Source of the DNA: Selaginella moellendorffii
Lineage: Eukaryota; Plantae; Lycopodiophyta
Assembly: GCF_000143415.4 (NCBI RefSeq)
Contig: NW_003314272.1
Location: 291,173 to 355,172 of the forward strand
Length of the DNA stretch: 64,000 nucleotides
Reading direction: 5' to 3'
Shown: positions 39,601 to 50,700 of the stretch, in pieces
How the letters are laid out: every line of letters begins with the position of its first letter
Position numbering within the stretch: position 1 is the stretch's first letter
Made by a program: the position numbers and the translations under genes
Notes under the pieces: model-generated
Seen by the model: the letters and a program-made list of their open reading frames with translations, nothing else
What the model was told of the DNA's origin: nothing
Database searches by the model: none

Positions 39601-41480
39601 TATTCCCCTTGTCGGTGGGCATCCTATGGATGCTAAGGAGTGGATCTGAGATGACCACTCACGGATGGTTTGCCTAGTCTTGGAGAGCCAAGACTGTGAT
39701 GCAAGTGGTATTGGACTACCAGTGTGGCAAAGGTGATTGGGCATAGCCTTAGCGTAACAAGTTGCTATGTCGGTGGTACCTTTGAGTGTCGGTCATGGGA
39801 TCGGACACGTGGAGCACTTGGACCAAGTGCAAATGTTGAGTGGCATGGATGCCATTCTTGGGGCTAGCAAGTCCCAAGTCTTGGATTGGACTTATGGAGG
39901 TTGTGAATGAGACTTCTCCAAGTGGTCAGAGGTGTGGTTAAGTGACTAAAGTAGAATGGAAAATTTAGTCGCTTACAACTATGCCATAGCATTGACATAG
40001 CTCATTTCCCTTAGGTGTTTTTCCCACTTGGTCACCTTGACCAAGCCACACCTTTATCAATAGTTCAAATTAACACTTTGAACTAGAAATCATATTCCTT
40101 AACCCAAACAAAGACTTTGTCCTTGTTTAGCCACAAGATCACCTAGTGATCTCATCTTGACCCCTTAATAGGTCTATCAAAAGGAACTAGGTCTTCTAGA
40201 CCCTTCTAAGTTGTTGACTATGACATTGGGGGCATCCCCCACACTCGGCGGTGCGCCCAAGCCAGCCCTTTCGGCCAAGGATCCATAGCAACTGAGACTT
40301 GGGTGTCCCCATCTCATTCACCACGTCCTTGGTGCCCTTTGCACCAAAGTGTTCAAGTTAGATATGCCGAGCTTTCACTCTAAGCAATCTAACCGTGCAT
40401 CACGACTCCGAGGCATCCCTCGCTCGGCGGTGTGCCCAAACCAGTCTCCTCATTGAGAGTCCATGACCACCGAAATATGAGTGTCCTCATATTCCAAACC
40501 ATCACCACGCCCTAATGATTTGGGACTCGAACCCAAGCACTAGAGGGTCGGGACTCGAACCCAACCTCCGTATATGCATCTACGGACGGCATCACCCTAG
40601 ATGCCTGGCGTGACTCCCCACGCCGGTGCACCAACTTATACTTAAAGCGTGCTATAGATCACAGCTTAGGAACCTAGTTCCTCCACACTGCCAAGTCCTC
40701 TCACTTGACAAGTCTGTGATCATGTATGGACTCCTCCATGCTTGGCCCCATGGCCCACCCTTTTTGAAGTTATCACCTTCAACTAGGGTATTTGTTCCCC
40801 TGACTTGCCAATCTCGCTTTGGCAAGTCCTCTGACCACTGTAACATGGTTCCTGCACAAGCATGAAAGCCCTTGATCATCGACTTTCGTTCAAAGCCCTC
40901 TCTTTGAACACTTGGGACCTACTTCCCTAACCTTGATAGCCTTGCCTCATGGCAAGCTTCAAGACCATGCTTCTGCTGTGTCACTCTGATTTCGCGCGTT
41001 CTTTGAACCATTTACGCTTGGCCTTTCTAGGTACTAAACTACCTAGAATCATCTTTGGGAACCTTGAAGGAACTCTGTCCCTTAGCTTGCTAAGACCTCC
41101 CTTTTTGCAAGCTTTCCAATTACCATATAGTCTAACATGGACAATTCCATATTTTAGACTCTCCATGGCATCATGGTTGCTAGCAGCAACACCCTCAAGC
41201 CCCCATTTGATTCTCCACTCCCAGCTGGCATAACCAACCTTGGTTATGCCCTTCGATTCCTATGGTTTGGTTCTACCCCAATACTTCTTGCTTTTGGCTT
41301 CACTCCTTTCCTTCGGTCATTCTCCTCCAGACCAGGAGGATAGCTTTGCACTTTCTATCATGCCTTAGCAAGTATTCTTAGGGATGAACCTACCCGATAG
41401 CCTAGGGAGTGGTTCCTCAATCCAGGTATGCTCACCCTATAATCCCACACACCGGGATTATGTTGTTGCTTATGAAGCTC
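30685..41480 (-). mobile_element. Non-autonomous LTR retroelement A (host copy), interrupted twice
   Basis: LTR 30685-32451 (TGTAAGCG...TCTCACA) with adjacent PPT. Internal region 32452-33374 resumes at 39978 and breaks off at ~41480. Confidence 0.88.
33375..39977 (+). mobile_element. Complete non-autonomous LTR retroelement B with TSD ACTAT
   Basis: 5' LTR 33375-35245 (TG..CA), PBS TGGTATCGGAGC 35249-35260, ~4-kb internal region without gag/pol, PPT GGGTGGTGGAG, internally deleted 3' LTR 39208-39977. ACTAT at 33370-33374 and 39978-39982. Confidence 0.95.
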
Positions 41481-42163
41481 TATTTCGTTAAAGTGGGATT
41501 TATTCAGTAAAATGGGACTAGGTACAAATTTTCAAGTATTTGAAAATGACGTGAAATTATATGTTTTTTGTCCAGGGGCTAGACATATCTGGGGCATGGT
41601 GACTAGCGCGGTGACTTTGTGTCCAGACTGAGTCCATCTGGTTGTATAATAAATCTCATTGTCAAGGTGAACAAGCCGAATCTGAAGCTAAAGAAGAGCG
41701 ATGGCATGCGCACACACACTATTTGTTTGTTCATTGAGCGTGTGGTGAGCTTTCCAAGATGAACGTCATTCCTATTAGCCAGACATATAACTTAATGGTG
41801 AGAACATTTAGATATTATTCAATGTTATCTTTTTCTAACGAATCTAATTGTGAAGGTGTAGCAAGAGGCATTGCTAGTCTGGAGAAGTCATTTAACTCAT
41901 TTGACCCTTAGTGTATTTTCATGAAACTAAATAACATTCATATTATTAAGGAATTTCTCTAGTACCTTTTTTTTACGACATAGAGGCTTGCATTTCTTTC
42001 AAAGGTGATTTAGTAAAAGGCCTGAGGGCACATGCCATTCTATTTCTCAGACCGGTATTAAGATATACTAGTGCAAAGGGCCACATGCCATCACGCCTCC
42101 TCTGATTCAGATTCGGATTGTTCACCTTGAAATAAAATACATTAGAAACTTAGTAAAGGAATA

Positions 42164-45100
42164 TTAATGAATCTCACCTTGAACCCGGGTTATGAATGCT
42201 CTTGCTGCATCTCTTGCATGGTCTGGCAAGGTGATGGTGGCACTCTGCTTTCGCATCCAACCATGCACAACATTATCCACCGATATGCTCATGCTGGGAT
42301 CCCTTGGATTCAGCACCCATCTCTTTTCTAGGCAATCCTTCGTATATCCGGAACTTGGCTTGAACCACTCCACAGTTACATTGAAGGAGTTAGTTTCTGC
42401 GTCCTCCTCTGCATCAGTGATGCAGCGCCCCACCCATATCATTTGTTTTTTATTACTGGGTCTGACAAGCACGACCATTCCTTTGCAGACCTGAACTGGA
42501 TTGAATGCTGAATCCGGCTTCTTGTTCCTCGGCCCACAATAGTGATCCTCAACATCGTTATCTGTCATTGCATTTCCAGAGGACATTGTTCCGCTACTAT
42601 CTGGTGCTCTGGGTTCTGGCCAAAAGGACTCTTCCAATTCTTCATATACAACCGGCCCATTTTGGATAGCAGATATAATCTTCTCCCAGTATTCGAGCAA
42701 AGGCTTGCACCTCTTAAAATAGGATTCTCCACCAAACACCAACCCCCTCTTCCAGAAGGCAATATGCTATCTAATCCCGGCCACTATACTTTCCTGGTCT
42801 TTGAGTCCATCCGGGTGCATCGGCCGTGGGGAACCCTGAGGAATCATAGGTTCCCCAGTTATGGGATCTCTCTTGAAGAGTTCAATGCCATCCACTGGCA
42901 GCCACACTGTGTCCCATTCTCTCATCTTGTACCTCATCACTGGAGCACCGTCACGCATGCTGAAATGAAACTGAAGAGGCTTGGAGTGGCCAATCAGCGT
43001 TTCGGATCCATCCCTGATGTAGCCTCTTACAAACCCCTTAAAGTCTGGAACCTCTGTCACAAGTGCAGCTTCAACAGTGCCTTTGATGCAATTTTGGAAT
43101 TCATCGTAGAGTTGTGGGAGGGTGAGGACATTGGATCGCCGGAGGGACTCTGCCAGGTGACTGAACATGGCATCGACGTTTTCATGAGTGTGCCCAACCA
43201 TGAGAAAGCCAAGTGTAACCGTTTCAAATATGCCTTTGGCAACAAGCATCGCCAAGTACGCAAAGACGTACATGTTTTTGTTCTCATTGCCAGCATTGTC
43301 TGTTTGGAGCAGAAGATGGGGTGGAAGGCCACATTGGCTGCAAGAACTTCCTTGAGATTCTACTTCGTTTGGATGAGGCTGTGCATTCACCGGGCGACCA
43401 GCCTCGTCGGAATGGCATGAGGCCTCATGTGATAACCCTACAATCTGACGGCCAACATATTCACTGGGATGGCATGGGGCCCCACGTGATACTGCAAGCC
43501 TTTGCTCCTCCTCCAGCTGAACCCTGTATGGGGTTCGATCGACAAGGGCCTTATGCAAGGGTTGGCCGTTCAGCTCAGTCTGCGCACTTTGCAGAGACCT
43601 TAAGTGTTTTGCTAGGGACGCAATCATCATGTTTGCACCCCCGCCACCCCATAGAGGTACAAAGAAGTTCCCATAGTTCTGGGCACCATGCCCATGAGCG
43701 ATTATGCCAAACAGAGACACAGGCAGCTGCATGGATGAAGAGATTGCCTTGGGGGCAGGATTGAGTCGAGGTAAGCACGTCTTTTTCTGGTCCATTTTGT
43801 CGTGGATGATGCAGAGGTAAGAGTCAGGTCTCTCCATGGAGAGAATCCTGTTATGATAATATGCAGTCCTGCAGCTTCTCTGCTCGATGTTGTGGTCGAG
43901 CCGCCTTCTAACCAACGTCTCTCGCTCTTGAGCGCTACAAGAATTCTTCGACAAAGCCATTTTGATAGCAGTGCACTCGTCACACTTTGAAAAGCTGGAG
44001 TACTTTCCTATACTCACATCCCTAAACCTGTTGCTCCACAATCTACTAAATCTAGATTGGCTCAGCTTCCTGTAGCCATTACTCTGGAGTTCCCGATTCA
44101 CATCTTCCAATATGGCCCCTTTGGTATACATGGAAGGGAGAACTCGTTGGGTGTCTCGTGTTCCATCTTCCAAGAGGCGGGTTTTATGTGGTTGCTGCTC
44201 GCTACATGTGTCGACAAACCTCTTGAAGATTGCCTCTCCATATACAACATGACCCCTGGTTTTGTGCGTACCGTCGTTCCCATGGACTGCCTGTTGAACC
44301 CTTTGTTCCTCGAACTCAGTTTTGATTTTGTAGAATGTGCTTCGAGGGACTCCATAAATGATTCTCCATGCCTTCATGCAGACCAAACCCCTCTGGAAGA
44401 CCATGCCCCCCACCTGATGTTCTGAAGCATCAACAGATGACCGTAATGCCTCATACACAAAATTGCGAGCTGCCTTCCAGGACAATGTCTTGTATCTTGC
44501 TCTCTCCTCTTCAATAGCATCCCAATCAGCATGTTGCCAGCACCTCCTCTTGCAACAAGCAACTGTCGAGACCATTCGAACCTCCATCGCCATTTTCTGC
44601 CTTTTCGGTTCGTTGCTCAGATCCCTTTGGCTGTGCTGTAGGAAGGTGTACTTTCTTTTCCCATGAAGAGATGTTCTGTCATCAGTTGTAGTGGTGTTTG
44701 ATTGTGAATCTTTCACATTCTCAAACACTAAATGCCTCAATTTCCACCGCACAATGCTTCCAATAGTCAGACTGTTTTCTTCTGTGTCAACAACCTCTAA
44801 AATCGCAACTCCAATATCATCCCAGCCCAATTCTTGATTAGCAACCGCATCTCTTGGATCGACAACTGTGGCTAAGCCCTCAGCTACCACCTCCCCCTCG
44901 GGGTTGTTTAGAAACACCTTTGCCTGAATCCGTGTAGCACGGTTCTTAAGATCCACGGAGGGAACATGCGTCGCACTTGCGCTGTCCCCAACATCTGCTT
45001 TCTTCTGCAGATTTTTCAAGGCAACAACAACATTTATCCCGACGACAATCTCGTTCAATAGCGACCACATTCCCATCGAAGACAGTCTCTACTGATACAG

Positions 45101-45227
45101 CAGCATTGCCTTCCCCAAGCCTTTGACAGTGTATAACAAAGTTCCGATCCATAGACACAAGGGTCTCTTTTGCAACTCTCTTCCCACCATTCAAAATGTA
45201 AACCTTTTCCCCAACCCTGAAGGCCAT
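42164..45227 (-). pseudogene. Sola1-like DDD transposase with one frameshift and one premature stop
   Basis: ORF pieces 45227-~45070, 45076-42767 and in-frame continuation to 42164. Motifs CCKRRC, FSKCDEC, IIHDKMDQ, LQTDNAGNENKN and FLMVGHTHENVDAMFS. Confidence 0.8.
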
Positions 45228-45582
45228 TCTGAAAGTGCAGAAAAGAAGTTAAGACCATACAAAAAATGATTGGAGAATGGCCTAAATCATAACATACCAA
45301 ATAGCATGAGGCCACATGCCATTATTCAAACATGCTATTGACACCCACGTGAAATTTCGCATTCACAAAATTGGCATGAGGCCTCATGCCATCTTGATAT
45401 ACACACAGCTGCAGGCAAGTAAAAACATACATGACAATACGCTAGCCATGAAATTGCAAGGGCCCAAGATGGCATATGGCCTCATGCCATTTCTAAATGT
45501 GGTCCTAAACCATTCCATGGTGAACATACCAGGAAGCACAAGTGCCGAATATCAAGAGGAAGCGGTAGCCACACCAAAGACA

Positions 45583-45720
45583 GTGCCGCTCGCAACACCG
45601 CAACTACTCGTAGCGCCGCTCGCAACACCGCAACTGCTCGTAGCGCCGCTCGCACAAACTGCCACTCGCATAAACTGCCGCTCGCAATGGCGCTTGCAAT
45701 GCCGCAACCGCTTGTAGACG
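45583..45720. repeat. 30-bp tandem repeat plus degenerate GCCGCTCGCA units
   Basis: GCCGCTCGCAACACCGCAACT(A/G)CTCGTAGC twice, then shorter variants. Confidence 0.8.
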
Positions 45721-46503
45721 CATAAACCACAGCTCACAATGCCGCTTACACAAGCAGCACTCACTGCGCTCAGCGGAACCAAGAACACGGCGCACAAAAA
45801 TGATAGACCTAGGAATGAGTTCGAGAATTCAAAAATAACACACGCTTGAACGACATATCAAATCCTCTGACAAACCAGATCTTATGATTCCTCTGACAAA
45901 TTTCAAACTGAGTAGCTTCTAGACTTTGCTGTCGGAGGTTGAACTTTGTCACATCATGTCCTTGCCTCGATCCAGCTGTGCCATGTAAGTGATTCGAACT
46001 TTGCCATGCCATGTCAGCGATCTGCGCCAAGATTATTCGCCGTGTAAAGGAATAATTATGCTGTGTGTGTACGTCCATTTATGGCAATATAAGGCCACAC
46101 GCCATTCAAAGAATAATGCTAGTCGAGCATTTTTTGGTGCATTTTTGGGTTCAAAATTGCATGAGCCCACACACTATAAAGTTTACCTGTACCAAAAATA
46201 GAAACAGCTTTATTTACTTGGGAATTTAAGTGGTTGAGGCGTACAAACACATGCCCTACTTACATTCATTTGGTTGCTTAAAATTCAAAAATATTATAAA
46301 CCTTTCTTTTTGCATTTTCAATGTTTTCAATTATGGTTTTTGATTTTCGCAGGACCAGCCTAGTAATCTATTTGCATCCCGTCATGTTTATAGCTAGCTT
46401 TCATTTGTCCCCTTCGCTGGCCTGAGATACATCTGCTCGGAATCTGCCTCTTACAGCATTTGCCCAGAAAGGGCATCTTTCTTCACGCAGCATTTGCCAC
46501 ATG

Positions 46504-46528
46504 TTTAGGGTTAGGGTTTAGGGTTTAG
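46504..46528 (+). repeat. Interstitial telomeric repeat / telo-box cluster
   Basis: TTTAGGG TTAGGG TTTAGGG TTTAG. Confidence 0.85.
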
Positions 46529-47758
46529 CAATTCAGTAGCTTGATAAACATGCAAATACAGAACTTGATGCAAAATCCTTTGATATGTCACAATGCCCCT
46601 AGGACCATAAACACATTTCAATAGAGAGGGTCCTTTCATTTCATAACTCCTTACGTAGATCTTGGTGAAACCAGAGTTAGTGAAGTTGGTTTCTTGTGAT
46701 CCCGCATCTGATTGTGATGTCCCTTTGCAGTGTCAATGGAAAGGTCAATGCACACCAAACTGTAGAATCTTGGAGCAAAATAACAGTCGGATCTATGGCA
46801 AATGCCTCTGAAACATTGTAAGGCTCGTGTGGTCTCATGTGGTGTCCGATCGAGATGCTTCTTTGCAGGGTCATCAAGAAGGACATTGTATACCATTCTG
46901 TAAAATCTAGTTGCGATCTATCAGTTGGATCTCCAGGAAACTCAAAACAATCTCGCGCGTGTCAGAATATTCTAGGAATATACTCCTATGTGCTCCTGAA
47001 AATGGCATGCGGCCCCACGCCATTCAAGAGATAATGCCAGATGACGCCGAGCATTTTTTGGTGCATTTTTTGGGATCAAAATTGCATGAGCCCACACGCT
47101 TGAACGTCACATCAAATCCTCTGACAATTTATTTAGCTGAACATCTGGCATTTTTGGAAATACAAGATGCTTTGGAATATCCAATCATGCATGGTATAAA
47201 TATAGCGAGGGTATTAAATGATATCCCAATCATGATCTTTCTTTTGGATTTCGCGTGCATGCAGTCCGAGGAATGATGACGTTGCGGATTTCTTTTGGAT
47301 TTCACGCATGCGCGCGCCGATCCAGAAATTAATGGTGGCGCCCAAGTCCGAGGAATGACGACGTGGCGGGATTACCAACCGTCGTGACATTTCGCGCGTG
47401 TGAGGTTAGGTTTTGCATTTTGCTTTGTACTCGCGCTCGCACACTCGCGCTCGCATCGCGCTCCCACTTCTCTACAGGTTTCTCGTGTGCATCGGCGTCC
47501 ACTCGCGCTTGCATCACACTCGCGCTCGCATCGCGCTCGTGTGCATTGGCGTCCACTTCAAGACACACCCAGTTTGTAACTTCGCCGCCAACTCCGCCGC
47601 CCACTCCGCCACCCACACGCAGCCCACTTGGCGTCCCGGGAGATTTCAGCGCCACTCTCCAACTATAAGTGGCAGAGTAGCCTTGCTGCTACGATCCGCT
47701 GCACACACAGTGCACATTCGCCAGCGAGTCCGGTTGTCACGCCTCCATTCGGCTTCAA

Positions 47759-50700
47759 ATGGTAAGTCTTTTAGGCCAAGTAGAAAATGGCATGAGGCCA
47801 CTGTAAGCGACTAAATTTTCCATTCTACTTTAGTCACTTAACCACACCTTCGACCCCTTGGAGGAGTCTTATTCACAACCTCCATCAGTCCAATTCAGGA
47901 CTTGGGACTTGCTAGCCCCAAGAATGGCATCCCTGCCACTCAACACTTGCACCTGGTCCAAGTGCTCCACGTGTCCGGTCCCAAGACCGACACCCAAAGG
48001 TACCACTGACATCTCGGCCCATTACGCTAAGGCCAAGCCCATTCACCTTTGCTGCACTAGTGGTCCAACACCACTTGCATCACCACCTCGTCTCTCCAAG
48101 ACTGGGCCATGTGTCCACAAGTGGTCATCCTAGATCCACTCCTTAGCATCCTTAGGATGCCCATAGACCTGGGGAATCGCCTTCCCCAAAGTCCCTTTGT
48201 CAGTTCCTACCAAGTCCCTTTCTGCCCCTGGCCGTGTTTGCCAACACTGCCACTGGATCGAGGCCCACAGGCCCGACCACTAAGTCCCACGGTCCTCTGG
48301 GACTTCCTCACCACACGACTGTGTCCTTGGTCACTACCCCAGAGGACTGCTCCTCTTCCTTTCCACAGTCTGGGCCTTTGGGACGACATTTCGGAACACC
48401 GTGGCCTTACGCGAGCCACCTGGGTACTCTCCCCACCTATCGCCTTTAGGTGCTCTAGCCATGGGCTTAGAGCGAGGTTCCGTTGAGCCACGCCTGGTAT
48501 CCAAGTAGGTAGTGCCACCCACACTTGGACTGGGAGCATCGGCCAGTCGATCTCCCGGGGGAACTAGAGCCGGCTCTTGAACACTTCACCAAGCTACCCC
48601 GCTTGTCGGTCCGTATTCACTCTAGTCTTGGACTTCCCAGTGGTCAGTTCATCACCCAACACTGGGTCTGGCCTTCCTGGGCCAAACTGGCCTTTCCTGG
48701 CCAAACTGGCTCCACTGCAGTCCTCCCCCTACGATACTTTTGGAGCTCACCAAACCCCCCAGGGTCTGGGAGACGAACGCTTTGGGCTTTCACCCTCTCA
48801 GGCTCCGGACTCGGACTTGGACTCGGACTCGGACTCGGACTCGGATTCGGACTCGGACTCGGCCTCGGGCTCGGTCTCGGCCTCGGCCTCGGTCTCGGTC
48901 TCGGTCCCGATCTCGGTCTCGGTCTCGGTCCCGGTCTCGGTCCCGGTCTCGGTCTCGACTTCGGACTCCATCTCGGACTCCATCTCGGACTCCATCTCGG
49001 ACTCCATCTCGGACTCCATCTCGGGTCCATCTCGGACTCCATCTCGGACTCCATCTCGGGTCCATCTCGGACTCCATCTCGGACTCCATTTCGGGTCCAT
49101 CTCGGGTCCACCTCGGACTCCATCTCGGACTCCATCTCGGACTCCATCTCGGGTCCATCTCGGACTCCACTTCGGACTCCAACTCGGGTCCATCTCGGGT
49201 CTACCTCGGACTCCACTTCGGACTCCATCTCGGACTCCATCTCGGGTCCATCTCGGACACTCCCACATGTCATGTGTTGGTCCTTTTGGGTCTCTTTTTG
49301 GAGCCTCGCCTTTTGCTCGCTTCGTGCTTGTTCCTCGAGCACTTCGTTGGGAGTTCCACTCCCGCTCTTGACTTTTCAAGTCGGAGCTTTTGGTCCAAAC
49401 GTGTTACGCTCGTTTGGCTCTCGCTTCGGCCACTACCATGTGGCGCCCTTCCGGCTCCACTTTGGGGCCTAGGGATTTTGTGTCTCACAACTCCACCACC
49501 CATAGACGAAGTTCGATGTCCTCATCGAACGGTAAACCCTTTCATAAAGTAACACCCACACGTGTTACCATTTCCATCCTTGGCACCTAGCCAATCTTTG
49601 TCTATGGTTTGACACCAAAGGCTCACCATGCCTTGTCCATCCTTTAAGGAGCGTAGTCTCGCCAACTTAGAGACTGATTGGACCACATGTAATGGTTCTC
49701 TTCTTTTATAGGTTTAGTTCTCGCTAAACCTCTTAGAGACCCTTCTCTAAGTCAATCCCACTACTCCTCGAGTAGTCTCAATTTCCATCGATATAACCTT
49801 TGCACTTTGGAACTTTGAATTTTGACTTCTTGGAGTCAATTTCCTAGGTGTCTCCGACACCTTGCCTTGCACCTTTTGTGCAACTCCACTTCCCATTCTA
49901 GGAAGTTCTCTACTCGAGGGCACCATCATCCTCTCTTCTATTTCGTGCCAAAGTTCCAGTTATCATACTTTGTGCTAGGGCTGTTCATGGCCCTATCATT
50001 TGGCTACCTTACCGCTCCCTCCCTTGGAGCTTCCACTTTCGCCAAATCGGAGCATTTCGGAATCCATCCTTGGAAACACACTTCCTTTCCCGCAATTTGT
50101 TAGCGTCCAACACATTAGTGTTCCTCGCCTAACTTTGTCACTTGGATTCATTCCAAGGGATTCCACGGCCCTATCTTGGCCACTCATCTTTTGCTCCTAT
50201 CCGTTGATTGTTGCACCAAGCAACATCGAATCTCTACCTCTCTCCTTGAGGTATTCTTTTGATTCCATAGCAAAGGCTCTACTTTGCCAAGACTAGGGTG
50301 TTCATCCCTAGTAAGTCTCTTTTAGCATCTTCTGCTGTGGGCTCTATCCTCGGCCCAACTTTGTGACCCTCTCATGGGTCTCTTTAGAGACTACTTTCCT
50401 TGGACACACTATGCTATCGCAATGACATAGCTCATTTCCCTAAGGTGCTTTTCCCACTTGGTCACCTTGACCAAGCCACACCATCATCAATAGTTCAAAT
50501 CAACACTTTGAACTAGGAACCTTATTCTTTAACCCAAATAAGGACCTTGTCGTTATTTAGCCACAAGATCACCTAGTGATCTCACCTTGGCACCTTAACA
50601 GAGTTGCCAAGAGCTACTTGGTCTTCTAGACCTCCAAGTTGTTGACTATAACCCCGGGGGCATCCCCCACACTTGGCGGTGCACCCAAGCTAGCCCTTAC

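Noticed and set aside
33375-39977. Retrozyme (hammerhead ribozyme in a non-autonomous LTR element)
   Set aside because: I found no CUGAnGA...GAAA core by eye, and the GATGAGGAC near the PPT is a simple hairpin. An Infernal search would be decisive.
41470-41530. Exact terminal inverted repeat and TSD of the DNA element
   Set aside because: The junction is only approximate and the partner end lies outside the window, so the termini cannot be called.
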